A stretch of 64,000 nucleotides of DNA from Marsupella aquatica. Lineage: Eukaryota > Plantae > Marchantiophyta. Both the position numbers and the translations under genes were made by a program. Positions 25,765 to 39,100 of the stretch are shown here, one piece after another. Numbering within the stretch: position 1 is the first letter of the stretch; each line of letters starts with the position of its first letter. The notes under the pieces were generated by a model that saw nothing but the letters and a program-made list of their open reading frames with translations, did not search any database and was not told the DNA's origin. The stretch is taken from NCBI GenBank assembly GCA_973895155.1, contig OZ316893.1, positions 24,913,520-24,977,519 on the forward strand, in the 5' to 3' direction.

Positions 25765-26817
25765 CCTAGCGATACCTGCTCGAGGCCTGCGTTGTCGTTC
25801 GCGATAGCTGCTGCTGCTGCTGCTCTTCCTCTACTGCTGCCACTGTTGCTACTGGGTGATCAAATCCCAGACTCAAATCCGTATCACCCCGAGACAACCT
25901 CAACCCACTCGCGATGTTTCTCCTCCTCCAAAACTGAACGATAACCCCCGGGCGAGGGTGCGAACAGGTGAGCCTCGCCCTACCAATCTGAACGGCAAAG
26001 GTGGCCAGATTCGGCCCCTGTTAAGAACACACAAATGGGAAATCTCTCCCCACCGCACCGCACCACAGAACAGAACAGAACAGAACAGAAAAGCACCCGA
26101 CCTGATTGACAACAGATACCCTAATCTACACCACGTCCGTCTACGATGTGCTTCCGGCTCCCCTCCTAGGCCTACTGCAGCAGCCCCGGAAAATAAGAAT
26201 CTCTCCTCCTCCCTTCTGCTGCTGTTGCTGCTGCTGCTGCTGCAACCCACCACTGACCGAGCTCTCCAAACGGCCGCAGCACCACCAAATCACGCATTCC
26301 CGCCGCAGCCGAAAGGAATGCAGAAGGAACTGAATGGGCACCACCGACGCTCCCGTCGCCGCTGGCGTGCTACACAGGCAACCGAGCCCCACACCCTACG
26401 GTAGACGGAAAGGATATCAGCCGCACGCAGCACCAGTTCTAACTTAGTAGTGCAGCACAGAGAGGGTGACCCGAGGCGGAAATTGGAAATCCACGCAGAA
26501 AAGCGAAAAGAGGATGGATGGAGAGAGAGCGAGAGAAGGAGAACCGGAGAGCAGCGATGAAGCGGGGATTTATGGAGAGAAGGGAGAGGCGAAAAGGGGG
26601 CGAATCGACCACGACGAGGTCGAGCCGCAGCGATGGAGGGTGGTGATGGTGGGCGAGGAACAAGGAGCGAAGCAGACGAGAGGAAAGGGGAGGGGAGGAG
26701 AGGAGAGGAGAGGAGATGGCGATGGAGCCGTGGAAGCGAGAGGAAGGAAGGAAGGAAGGAAGGAGTTTATTATTAGGGTGGTGCTATCATGTGAAGTGGT
26801 GTCCCGCAGCTCCGCCG

Positions 26818-27600
26818 AAAACAGAGCCAGGGAGTTTAATTAATTTTGCTGCTTCTCGGGCAACGGGCCAAGCCATCGGAGAGAAATACGGAAAGAAGGG
26901 GATACTTCACTCTCTGTCATTTTGGGTGCTTTTAGTTTTTGGTGCTTTTAGAAGGGCTTGGGGACAATTTTTGAGTGCTTTCAGAGGGGCTTTAGCAGAT
27001 CTTGTTAGCAGTTCTTCTGTCAAAAACAGAGCCAGGGAGTTTAATTAATGTTGCTGCTTCTCGGCCCAGCCATCGGAAAGAAACACGGAAAGGAGGGGAT
27101 ACTTCACTGTTTGTCATTTTTTGTGCTTTTTGAGGGGCTTGGGAGCAAAATTTGGTACCATTGGGGTGCTATTTTTGGGTGCTTTTAGAAGGGCTTTAGA
27201 CGATCTTGGTAGCAGTTATTCTGTCAAAAACATAGCCAGGGAGTTTATTAATTTTGCTGCTTCTCGGCCAAGCCATCTAAAAAAATACAGCAAGAACTAA
27301 GGGGATACTTCAGGAATTGTCATTTTTGGTGCTTTTAGAGGGGGTTGGGAGCAAAATTTGGTGCCATTTGTGGGCAAATTTTGGGTGCTTTTAGAAGGGC
27401 TTTACAAGATCTTGGTAGCAGTTCTTCTGTCTTTTTATCTAAAATGCAATCAAAAATGCAATCAAAACGTGGGATCGGGCCAGATAATTTTGCTGCTTGT
27501 CTACCAAGCCATGGCCATCAAAACTAAAATTGGAAAGAAGGGAATACTTTACTATTTGTAGTTTTGGGGGCTTTTAGAGGGGCTTTACAAGAACTCCGTG
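26818..27600. repeat. Degenerate tandem array, ~204-bp unit, about 4 copies
   Basis: aaaaca(g/t)agccagggagtttaattaa recurs at about 26818, 27022 and 27227. gtgcttttaga(a/g)gggctt and gatcttg(g/t)tagcagtt also recur. Confidence 0.8.
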
Positions 27601-30600
27601 GCTGTTTGTTTGTTTTGTATGTAATCTTAGCCTTTCAAATGTGGGAATAGGCCAGACTTGCCAATCCCATAAACATTTGCTGGACCCCTTATTTGAGTCC
27701 CCCTATTAACACAAAGAGGAGCATCATACAACAGTGGGAAGTAGGAGGGGACTACCTTACATAGGGCCAGACAGTGCAGGACAGAGGTTAAGCTAGAGGT
27801 GGTAATGTTTTGGCAGCAAAAGGAAAGGGACCATGGGGCTGCAACAAGTTCTCAGTTTTCTTTTGTGGGACCATGTAGGGTAGAGTAGCTAGTTAGGGAG
27901 TCTTTACATGGAGAGTGTGGCAATTTGGCTCAAACCTCCCTGACCTAGAACAGAGCCCCTGTCAGGTCCCAAAGTTTCTTCACACAGTCCACTATTGTAG
28001 ACCTCATTAAAATGGGCATATGAGTAGGCACTTCTTTGGACCATCTCTGCTGATGATCTAAAGTCCACACAAATAGTCGATCCACCTCCGTTGAAATTGA
28101 GCCCGGCTGGGAGCCACCTACACTGTTCACCATAATTGACAGTATGAATGGTCTCGGTAACACCATTTTGTGACAGAAAATTTTGCTGTACTCTTCAAGT
28201 AAAGTTACCAATATTAGCTACGCACCAACAGTACTAGTGTGTGCATTAAGGAACATTGGGGTAATATATACTAATTCCATTTGTGCATATCAATATTTGG
28301 AGTGTAATGTGTCCCCAAAGCAAAATCCATTGAAATGTGTACACAAATACATTTCAAAGACGACCAGACACGTTCGGGGAGGACAAATAATAGTGCACTT
28401 TTATACTCTCTTAAGAATACCATTGATTAATTCTAGTAACCCTGGATCCACCAGGATTTGCTTTGGGGCCAATGGTAGTTTGAACTGTCTGGTCATCATG
28501 AAAAGCATAGTGTGCCCAGTTGCTGATATTGAAGGGTCATGGTTGATTTCCAAAATACCCCTGAAGAACAAACAACCTCACTTGTGCTTTCTGCTAATGA
28601 AAAAATTATTAGAGAAAGATAGCTCTTCCTATGGCCTTGGCTCACTAGATTGGGCACTGGATTTTGTGGGAAACAACTTTTTGCTTCATGGAACTTAATG
28701 CATTGCACGGGTGTGTCTCACATAAGCACAAGGGAACTTTAGGGGGAGTGCTTGATGAAATGCAAAGAGCAAACAAATACAGAACCTAGCTTGGTAGGAC
28801 CCACTCCGACGAACTCTAAGTTGTAGAACTCGACTATCCTAACACTTAGCTTCGGCGTCGCTGGCTCCGACGCCGAGTTCCTCTATGGTCCAAGCCTCCG
28901 AAACGGCCATCCTATGGGGACTAAGTATGAGGAGACTAGTGTGCAACGAGGCGTTCCACTAGCATGTCAGGGCAAGGCTCTAAGTTGGTGATGCACACTA
29001 AGGACTTAGACTAATTTGGAGTTGGTCAGGTCATGGAAAAGGCCGGGCTCAGGGTGGAATGTCCGGACCCCTGGACGAACTTTGAGTTCTAAGGACTTGA
29101 GTGAAAGCTCCTCTTGGGCCCAAGGCTAAAGAAGTTTACTTTGGCGCGACCCAGGTGTGGTCGTCCGGGACCCCCAACTGACAATAGGTTCTGAGGGCCT
29201 AGGCATGAGCACTGGGTCGGCCCGATCACAATGGGCTAAGGCACTCCACTTAAAAACATCTAGCTAAAAAATTATGGGCATAACAAGTTAGTTGCGTGTC
29301 CATGCGTGCGGGTTGGAGTCCAGGCTGAGGGCCAAATATAGGGGACCGCTTGCCTCCCTGGCCTGCCTCTAGGGCATGCTCATGGCCCAAATAAGTTAGC
29401 TTGTCCTGAAGCTTGTCCGAATCGTCGGGACCAATTTGGCCTTGACGCTAGCAACCATTTCTAAGGTTCCACCCAACTGAGAGTCTAGGGTCCAAATGCA
29501 ACTTGGACCTCAACACCCGTGCGCCAACCCCCGAAGAGGGGTTATTCTGGACAAACAGTGGGTGTCAACTCTGGCTTCGGCTTATGGCAAGGCCATGCAG
29601 GCCCAAGAGGTTCTATTTGCTAGACTACTTACCAATGTTTGTTGAGCTTGAGTTGAGACACTAGTCTTGGAGTTCCTAGATCCTGTAGGGTTACTTACCG
29701 AGATGTTTGGTTGTCTGTGCAGATGAAAATCGTTCAGCGATGGTCATGTTAGGGAGCAAGTGGGGCTTCGTATGGGAGTTGTTGCCAGAGGTACTAGAGC
29801 TACAAAGTTACTTGCTCAAGGAGTTTTGTGTAAGCATTCGGGCACCAAAGGCACTTAGGCAAGGGTGCTGGGATGGTCAGGGTGTTGGGTGGCTAGGTCC
29901 ACCACTCTCTAGCCTGGTCTTATGTGCTACTTTCTTGGTGGGTCATAAGGTTCTTGTTTGGCCCATTATTTGGTGTGGGCAGTGCTTCTAACCAGCAGGT
30001 TAGAAGAGGGAGAGGCTTGAACCGTGTAGAGAAGATCTCTTTCATACCTCTAAATCCCCTCCCAACAATCTCCAAATGCTGGTTTGTGTCTACGGTTTCT
30101 CTCCACTCTTGCCTTAATGTTGGTGAGCTCTCTGGTCTCCTTTCTCTCCTCTCCTGTCTACAAATTATTGTGGTCCCACAATGGTCACTTCCAATGTAAT
30201 CACATGTCAGGACAGAATCCTAACGCATACTTCATTACAGGTAGAGCCAAGCTCACTTGTTGCCAGGCAAGAATCCATGCCTATACACAGTGCAAAACTC
30301 CCAACTGAAATTACTTCTCACATGCCATCTGACACCAACACAAGGCTCACAATCCAAACCAGGAGGGGTCACACTAGCTATGTCAAAAGACTCACTTCAC
30401 ACCAAGAGCTACATTGTGTCAAGACGCTAAACATTGGAAGCATGAGACCACTACTGCTACCCCTCCAAGGTATACCCCTTTCCCATGGCACATGGAATGG
30501 TAACCTAGGTGAACATGTCACCCTCACCAGGTGACCTACTGCAATACTGGGTGAACAGGTCAACCCCCACTACTCACTTACAACAAACATGCAACATGCG

Positions 30601-31271
30601 GTAACACAATAGCGACCTTCCTGCATTTCCTCCTCCCAAATGTGCCTTGCAACTGAGTTCCCTGCAAAATCCATACCCATGCCTGAGCCATGAACAAATC
30701 AAGCAGTTTGTTTCTACATCCCTTTTTGAGAGAGTAAGTAGTACATTGCCATCCTCCACCGCACAGGAACCTTGCATCTTGCAACCCACTAAGAAAGTAT
30801 TGCAAAAGTTTGCCTCACCAAGCTGGTTTTCCTCATGCCCCACATATTTCTCAAACCGAATACAGATAACCATTTACAACCCTAACTCTCACTTTCCAAG
30901 GGTTTCCTCAGAACTAGCTAATGGGTCCCACATTACAGTTCCACAATACCCTTTGGGCCTTTGGGTTGAATGCTGTTCAGAAACTCAAACAATCTTGCCA
31001 CAAGCAACTACACTATGATCTAAGTGTAGGATAAGTGCTTTCTGGGCTGGGTTTACCACGGCTGGGTTTACGAGTCTGTAACCCTATGATAAGATAGTGA
31101 GTAAAAGCTGATTGGTGGTAGCTGGGCTTGGAAACTTTTCCGAGCATTCTGGGAGCACGGTTCAGGCTAGAACCCCTGCCCAGACCTCTTTCATATTATG
31201 TATTATTGTCAGGAACAAGGTTACTAATCATGAGATTCTGGGCAAGAGGTTGCGAAAATAGCAAGTTCCTT

Positions 31272-31347
31272 CACAAATGGTTACACACAGGTAGCCTGTA
31301 TCCCGGTACACAAATGGTTACACACCGGTAGCCTGTATCCCGGTACA
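31272..31347. repeat. ~37-bp tandem duplication
   Basis: cacaaatggttacacac(a/c)ggtagcctgtatcccggta occurs twice. Confidence 0.8.
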
Positions 31348-32603
31348 GTAATTGCTATCTTAGTGCCAGGGTCTCATTTCTATACTCAAATCTTGGCTTA
31401 CCCAGAAACTAGCTTGCTGACATGTCTGGCCTTCTTAAGGGGATAGAGAAATCTAGCTTGTTTCCCTGAGTGTTTGGATCACTCTAGCTGATTCAACAGT
31501 TCTCCAAAGTTCGTGATCCTGATGGGCACATTCGGATGACAAAAGAGTCAACTGAGAGAGCACCTTTCCTATGATCCGACTCTGTGCCAACTAGAACGAA
31601 AAAATGACCAGTCCAATACTTTCAAACCACACCAGCTCCTTGGCGTCCTTTGGGATTGATACAGTTCATATGCAGAGTGTTTTCAATCTCTCTATGCCGT
31701 ATCAAAGTCTGCCAATTGCAAGCAGGTAAATGGCAGACAGAGTCACGGCAAACACCACTCTTGCTCTAAATCCTTACAATTCTATAGCAAATTGAAAGAG
31801 CTGCACCAATCATTTTTCTCATGTCACTCGCAGATGCAACATTGAAAGAACTCGACCTCTTGTGACGAACTATAGAAAAGCCCAGAATCTCCTGTTGAGA
31901 CGATAGAAGAGATAGAGACAGCGACGAGACAAGTGAATCACAAGGAATTGAATTGCTGCAGATCCTTGCTCATGCAGACAAAAGATTAAAAAAATGGATC
32001 AATAGATTTCTTGATCCTTAAGCGGAAGACATGAACCCGTCGAATTCCCAAGTTCATCACATGCTCGACACTTTTATGTTGGCCTGGATCCCTGTCTACC
32101 TCAGTTTTCCGGGGCAGGTTCAATAACCAGGTCGGAAAGCTTCATTTGGATGCTGTTGTCCAGAGCGACTAAAGACAGCTGATCAGCCATTGTAAATTGG
32201 ATGCTCACCAGGAGAGCTAAGAACCACAGAACAGATACACTATCTATCAAAAGGGTATGTGCAAAAGAGTCAAACGAGAACCATCTATGTTACAGTTTAG
32301 CATAGCTCTTGCTCAGAGCAAACGAACAGAGGGAGACGACACGATCTCTTCAATCTCTCGAAGCAGTTCACAGACGATGAGAGAATATGTACTATTAACA
32401 CTTCTGTGTTACAACAGGTCGATAGAAAACTCCATAACTAATTTGCACACAATCCTACATATCATCTTGATGATGGCCTCAATGGATGTTGTCGACCCCG
32501 ACCAGAAAATATCCTGAGTAACGAATTTGAAGCCCTAAATTCTCACCACTCCCTGGTGCAGAATAAGCAGCACAGAGAAGAAAGGATGCATCCTGCATTT
32601 TGC

Positions 32604-34376
32604 CTAGAAGCGGTCCTCGTCGTTATCCCAAAGATCCAAACGTCGACCTTGCCTTCCTCCACGGCTCTGGTAATAAGTCAAGAGCTCTCCTTGGTCCTCT
32701 GGACGAAATCCGAGAAAACTTCGTATCTCTTGTACAATCCATCTCTTCTCCACTAGTTTTAGCCCAGATCCGAAATTATGAACATTCACACCCTCCACTA
32801 TCCTGCATGTTGTTACTGGGCGCCCATTGTGGACCTCCTCCACTATTAGATCTGCTGAGATAATATCGGCCGTGTTGCCAGTTACTCTATGTTCCCAAAA
32901 ATTACCAACTCCCCACTTAATTGCAAAACTCCATTCATCAATCTTCACCTCTACCGTCACAGAAACCTGCGACAGAGTTCTACTAGCTAGCATAATCCCA
33001 ACGAACCAAAACGGCAGAGAAAACAGTGCAAAAATTCCTTGAGACCAGGCCAATCTAGTCCACATCGCAGTAAATGTATTCCAGGCCACAGCGAAAGTGC
33101 CAGTTCCTATAACCTCTGCAGTAATGCCTCCTGGAGGAATTGTGATCTCCAAACCCTCCGATGACCTTCGTAAGTCCACCTTAGTTCCGGCAGGCTTCTT
33201 GATTACTCCCTGAATGTCTGGTTGCTTGAGGGGAGCTGCGTAACTATTGGAATTCATCGATTCCATGACATGAGCAGGCTTATCAACACTTTGGAGGGCT
33301 TTGATGACTTCCAGAGGGGACTGAAATCGATCTTCCGGAGCAGGCTCCAGCAGTCTGTCGATCACAGCCGCAAGTTTGGGACTAACAGTGACAGAACTGA
33401 AGTCCACCTTGAGCCTTTTCTGAGGGAAAGACGAGGGTGACCGCCCAGAGAGGAGGAACAGCAGCGTTCCCCCAAGCCCATAAAGGTCAGTCTGTGAAGT
33501 AGCTCTGTTTTGGAATTGCTCAGGAGCCATGTAACCATAGGTCCCAACCACGGTGCTGCCAATCAAGGTCACCGAGGCGGCATCCTGAACAGCTCCAAAG
33601 TCCACTACCTTGACAGCTTTCGCCTCTTTATCTACAATCACATTTTCGGGCTTTATATCTCTGTGATAAACTGGAGGGCGTAAACTCCCGAGGTAATTCA
33701 AAACGTCAAGGATCTCAATTCCAACCCAAAGCACTTCTTCCTCTGTGAATCGCCTTCCACTCTGAACAAGGTCTGCTAGGGAGCTTCCCTTTGCCACTTT
33801 TTGAGCTATGTAAAATGCTCGGTCTGACGAGCTATCTACCTCAAAATAGTCTATGTATTCAGGAATGTTTGAATGCCTTAGGGATTTGAGCAACCTCGCT
33901 TCCCTCTCAAACAGCTCGAGGTCCTTCCAGACCTTCATGTTACGAAGCGACAAAGCCTTGAGGGCCACGGTGGTCCCATCTGCTATGACCTCTGCTTCAT
34001 AGGTCGTTCCCACACCACCCTGTCCCAAAACTCCGAGAATTCTATACTTTTCCCCGACGATTTCTCCCACTCTATGAGATACTCCTAATGGCCGCCACGA
34101 CCTCTCATCCTCCTCCACCTGCTGCTGCGGCTCACTATTTGTAGAAGTCTGGAACCTGACAACCAGACTACCTCCTCTAGTTTTCTCCCTTCTGCTACTA
34201 AGGTGCGCCAATGCGCTAAACTCTGATCGTCCTGGCCCTCCATAAAATTCACCTTGGCGACATGCAATCTTTGCTTTGCAATAATGAAGTGCGAGCCGCC
34301 TGGTGGCATTGCAACAAGTGACGCCACCAGGAGACAAGAAGTCCGTTGCAGCGCCGCTGAGACATAATTGAGACAT
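32604..34376 (-). CDS. Intronless Ser/Thr protein kinase of bacterial/cyanobacterial (Pkn2-like) type, with a putative plastid transit peptide and a C-terminal 2-TM domain
   Basis: This is a 590-aa ORF with intact kinase motifs: GQGGVG, VALK, ELFERE, HRDIKPEN, DFG, GTYGYMAPEQ, DLYGLG. The C-terminus has hydrophobic segments FAVAWNTFTAMWT and IFALFSLPFWFVGIML. The ~90-aa N-terminal extension is Ser/Arg/Cys-rich. Confidence 0.93.
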   Translation of the reverse strand: MSQLCLSGAATDFLSPGGVTCCNATRRLALHYCKAKIACRQGEFYGGPGRSEFSALAHLSSRREKTRGGSLVVRFQTSTNSEPQQQVEEDERSWRPLGVSHRVGEIVGEKYRILGVLGQGGVGTTYEAEVIADGTTVALKALSLRNMKVWKDLELFEREARLLKSLRHSNIPEYIDYFEVDSSSDRAFYIAQKVAKGSSLADLVQSGRRFTEEEVLWVGIEILDVLNYLGSLRPPVYHRDIKPENVIVDKEAKAVKVVDFGAVQDAASVTLIGSTVVGTYGYMAPEQFQNRATSQTDLYGLGGTLLFLLSGRSPSSFPQKRLKVDFSSVTVSPKLAAVIDRLLEPAPEDRFQSPLEVIKALQSVDKPAHVMESMNSNSYAAPLKQPDIQGVIKKPAGTKVDLRRSSEGLEITIPPGGITAEVIGTGTFAVAWNTFTAMWTRLAWSQGIFALFSLPFWFVGIMLASRTLSQVSVTVEVKIDEWSFAIKWGVGNFWEHRVTGNTADIISADLIVEEVHNGRPVTTCRIVEGVNVHNFGSGLKLVEKRWIVQEIRSFLGFRPEDQGELLTYYQSRGGRQGRRLDLWDNDEDRF

Positions 34377-36156
34377 GATGAGACAAAGGAAGCTCTACGT
34401 AGTTGCAAATAAGTTGAGCCTTTGCAGTTTCTAATTTACGAAACTGACGGCATTGTGACCAGTCGAGTTGGGTAGTTCACTGGATTGACCGAGAAAGAGG
34501 ATTCCTGTTTCAACGCTTTCTTCCTTCTCACATTCAGTTCATGAAAACACCTGGCTACCGGTAACATGTGTGTCTCCATTTCCAATCTCACGAAGTAGCA
34601 AGCCTCACGCGAACACCCAGATTGCGTCCGAACTGGCTCTCACAGTGGGCCCTCAAAACTTCCGATTCACGCGCCGCAACTTGCGTTAATTCTTGCAAGT
34701 GACAACACACGGCGAGGGCAAACACTCAGCGGCGCTGTGACACTTCACCCTTAAGAGCGACAAGGCAATCTTAGACACGATGCTTGCTTTTGGCACAGAC
34801 GCAATTCTGCTGATGCTAGAATTGCTTTTCTCCCACGATGGACCAAGGTAGGTTTCTCGACTTGTGACCGCTGAGGACAGGCATTAACACTTTCTCTTTT
34901 CTCGGCGTGAAGTCTGCGTCTGATTTCTATAATTACATCATTCCTAGAGTTTCCCAAAGTGCTCCACTCAAGTTTTTCCTGTTAGATTTAGAGCTCTCAA
35001 GACTAAGAGAGTCTCAAGGTCCATAGGAATTTCCACAATGAGCTGATCTTGTGACCAGTCAAAGTTTTCCCCATAGTTCGAAAGTCTCCAACTCGATGAG
35101 GGCCCCTAGTTCTAAGGGAGTGCTACCCAGAAAGTTGATTTTGGAACAACTCAGGTTTCTCGAGCCTCTTCGAACGGATCCATTCACGTTGTCGCGATGT
35201 ATAGCTAGAGTCTTCAAATTGATTGGTGCTCAGGTTCTAGTGAATTTGTCGCAACTTCTGAAGATGTTCCCCTGAAGTTGGTTTGACAAAGACAATGAGC
35301 CCCTGTTTCCACGGTAATGACAACAATGAGTTGGTTTACGCATTCCAACGGATTGAACAGCCGCACTCAGTTAAGAGGGACGCTAAAAGAACCGGTACTG
35401 AACATCAGTCTTCAAAACAGTGAAGTAGTGCCCGTAGCTGATTGGTAGCTGTAAACAGATGGCATTCGCACACAGTCGTCACAAATGTCTTGCAGTAACT
35501 TAAAAGTCTAATGTTGAGGTCCACGAAGGCTCCAGTGAAGCAGTCAGCCACCATCACTTTTTGCCACAACGAAAGGAAATGACATGTTTGACCAGTTGAC
35601 AACCACAACACATCTGCAGCAAGGAAGATGACGATATGTCTAAACCTTTAATTCACGGTTTCACCCACAGGACTTCCGATGTATATTCGCTTCTTGCGAA
35701 AACGAAAGAAAATGACATGTCTGAAGTTTCAACTCACGGTTTCACCGACAGTACTTTCGATGTCGAATCCAGAGGCAAATGCAACTTTACGGGATGCCCG
35801 CCAATGGATTTCACTACTTGCTTTGAATAAATATGATTACTACAGACTCGCCTCGAAACGCATTACTTTTCAGGCTGAATTACTCCTCCCAAACATCACG
35901 TCACAACAACCAAAAGGTTCAAACCAAGTTTACAAAAGCAGCATTCATTTACAAAAATCAGGCCAAAAATGTTGCCCTGCATTCCTTAAAACACATCCAT
36001 TGACCTCTGATGACCTCGCAAATCACTCTTTCGACTCGACCATGCCACCTTTGGAGGGAACATTGATTGCTAATAGGCTAATTTCCCAAGAGGCTCTTCG
36101 GTTTAGTGGGAACATCTGCCAGGTCTTTCACATAACTATCTCAAATTTAACATCTG

Positions 36157-39100
36157 TTAAGGTTGATGTGAAGGAGGGTACACCGTGTACCCATTGTGCC
36201 CTAAAGCAAACCCCTCTGGGACAGTAAGACGATGACCTTGCACCAGTGCGTAAGCTAAATGTGGATCTGCCAGACCATTGCGTCCACCATTGTTATTGTG
36301 TCCAGCGGGTATCGCAGTGCCACCTAAATGCCAGTACTGGCTATGCAGGCCGTATTGTCGTCCTAGAGATGGATGCTGAAGAGGAACATTCATTCGCAAT
36401 CCATTACTATTTGCCCGCTCCTCCTCGTTCTCAGCAACCCTACTTCTCTCTCCGCTATCCCCTGAGTGGCTATGTCCTCTGTCCGATGGAGTCTGCCCAT
36501 AGAATTGCTTCAGTTGACTGTGTCCTGCAGTGTCTGGGCTCCTCGACGTCTTCACCGCAATGCCTAGATGTTTGTCCTCATCCAGCAAATCATTGATGAT
36601 ATCCAAATGGGGAAACTCTTCAGACATCACCGCACCATTGTGAAGGTTCTCCAGAAGTGTAACACCTGACGTTTCCTGTCTAGAGTCAAAGATCCCTGGA
36701 CCTCCATTCATCTCTGGTGATGCCCCTTGTGTGCGATGTTGATGAAGCATCTGTACAGCTGTTGCTTGCCTCAATATATTTTGATGCGATCCTTGCTGTT
36801 GTAGTTGGGGCTCTTTCGATTGCCGAGATTGATCTAGGTCATCATGTTCAGGTTGCTCTAGTGGAGATGGAAGCTCAAGCTGATCTTCGTTCAGTAACTC
36901 TGGTGTCACAGTGCCAAAAGTAAAGGCCACTGAGGGGTGTCCATTTGAACTTACTCCACCTCCGCTATTTTCGCGCACGATATGACCCACCGCTACAGTC
37001 TCTGTTCCAGAAGATGAAGACATTGGCACCGGAGATACTGCTGGCGTGGCAAATGTAGCGACTTCCTTCGTACCATTTGCAACCAGACTTGTAGCTTGCC
37101 CGGGAACAGAACGAACATTTGCGGACGGAGTCAATGGGGGAGATGATGAGGGAACAGTAGATGTGGGTGGTGCCATGGCTTGTGAAGCAGCTTGAAGAGA
37201 GGAACTACTCAGGTAGGACGATGTAGAAGCACCAGACATGACACTTGAAGTAGGTCCACTTATGATTGGATGACTGTTCAAAGAATGGGTTGCAAGCCCT
37301 GTCCCTGAAAAAGATCGGGTTTTCCCGATAGTTGCATTTTTATATGAGGGAGTCACCGGGGGACTTTGCAGAGGGATGCCATTTGTCTGTGCGGGGGCCG
37401 ATGCTTCCATTCCTAATGTTGGGCGTCCTCCTACGCTGATTGATCGGGTAAGGGGTTGAGAAGCATGCATAGCTGCCGAAGCCATCGGGATATTTGGCCG
37501 CCCACCCGCGACTAAGCCAGGGGCACTGGAGGGCCTTGAGACTGAGAGACCAGTCCCAGCCGATGTTGACGGAGGGGGATGTGGCATGTTCGGCTCCTCG
37601 GGGACCGTCACGGACCCAGTAACTGCAGCGGAGAATCCTGTAATTGGCGGTGTGAGCACTCGTGGTGGTCGAGATGAGTCAACACTTTTGCTTCGAGATG
37701 GAGCAGGGGCAATTTTAATGGGATCGAGCTTGGACGGACCCTGCAGATGACTACTATTCCTGTTATCGTTCAAGGAAAGTCCTCCCGAGTGTGTGGTTCT
37801 AGCTGGACCTCCGTTTCCGTTTAATAACCCACTATGTCCATTCACTTGAACTGGTCCATGCATTGCACCGATATTGTTGTGCACCTTGTCCAATTCTGAG
37901 GAACCCCCAAAATCAGATTGAACGGAGGTAGAAGTTTCACCTCTTCCTTCCTCAGCTGAAACCACGTTACGAGTACGGACCCCATGAGAAATATCTGTCG
38001 CTTCTTCTCCGGGACGTCTGACTGGTCGATCAAGGTCCATTTGGTGAAGACTCAACTGCTGCTGTAGGATGACAACTTCCTCTTCCTGCAAAATTTTAGA
38101 GAATTGAATCAAATTTTTGAGAAATATTACGCTACAAGGTAGAACACGTCCATTGAACTTGCCTCTCCTCCCACGTCAGAAGATAGATACTGACAACGAG
38201 ATCACTACTGACAAACAAGGACTGTTACAAGAAACAAAGCAATCAAGTGGCAAGAACAACATATCCTTTCAAACATCACAAAATACCTTCTCCGAAAGGC
38301 GTTGCTGTAACCATCGAACGTGCTCCTTCAGAGAAAGAATAACTGTCTCCGAATCTACTCCAACAGAACTCGTGCTACTGCTTGGTTCACCAGTGCCATT
38401 TGCATCCGAACCAGTCGCTCGTAGCATCCCATCCGCATCTATGTATTGCCCATCGGGGTCATATATCCCATTGTCACCGCCATTTCGGTCTCTACACCCA
38501 ACAAGAACTGAAATCAGAAAATTTAAACCATCCTAAATTCATACTTTCAGCTATTCAAACATAAAATACAACACGTGCGTGACGGAAACTGCTCCACCCT
38601 GGGAACCTGAAGTAATAATCAACAGGTACTGTGCCAACGTTATCCTCAACACCGAACACACAAATAAGAGACCTTTCCCTCTAGCAGAAATGATGCAGAC
38701 ATGTAGAGACCGAAAACGGACCTGATAGAACTAATATTACTCTGCTCTGGCAAGGTAGGTCTAGCCACAAAAGACTCGCTCATGGCAGTGCGCACAGAAG
38801 GAAGGGAGTCAGAAGAACAGGTCGAGGAGCTATCATCTCCAGTCACTTGCTGCTTTCTACTACTTCGGCGATTTCTGGTTGCGTCCTCTAGCACAGCTCC
38901 ACTGAAGCCAGCTTCCATCCCATTTTGTGCAAATGAGGCTTCCCTCTCCCAAATGACATGATCTGTGTCACCATCTTCAAGAGCTGGTCCCAAAGTGCCG
39001 ACAACGTCATCAATTGGATCCAACCCACGAAACTCATCTTCATCTTCACCGGCCTCTGTAGAGACGAGAGGGGAGAGCTCTCGTTCTTTGCGCGAGTTCT

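Noticed and set aside
25423-26843. Several 100-180-aa ORFs around the 5' end of the At2g25670-like gene
   Set aside because: They are antisense shadows or products of GC-rich, (CTG)n- and GA-rich UTR/promoter sequence, with no recognisable domains.
27945-31020. Possible decayed transposon coding region (ORFs 28183-28698 and 30574-30873; LTR-like GC-rich 28750-29650)
   Set aside because: I could not identify RT, integrase, transposase or Helitron motifs, paired LTRs or TSDs with any confidence. It is probably TE-derived but not supportable without a search.
1-34376. Bacterial contamination, or an operon-like cell-wall cluster (PBP + GH19 + bacterial-type kinase)
   Set aside because: The PBP and chitinase have spliceosomal introns and are interleaved with ordinary plant genes tens of kb apart. 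Nothing in the sequence shows functional clustering.
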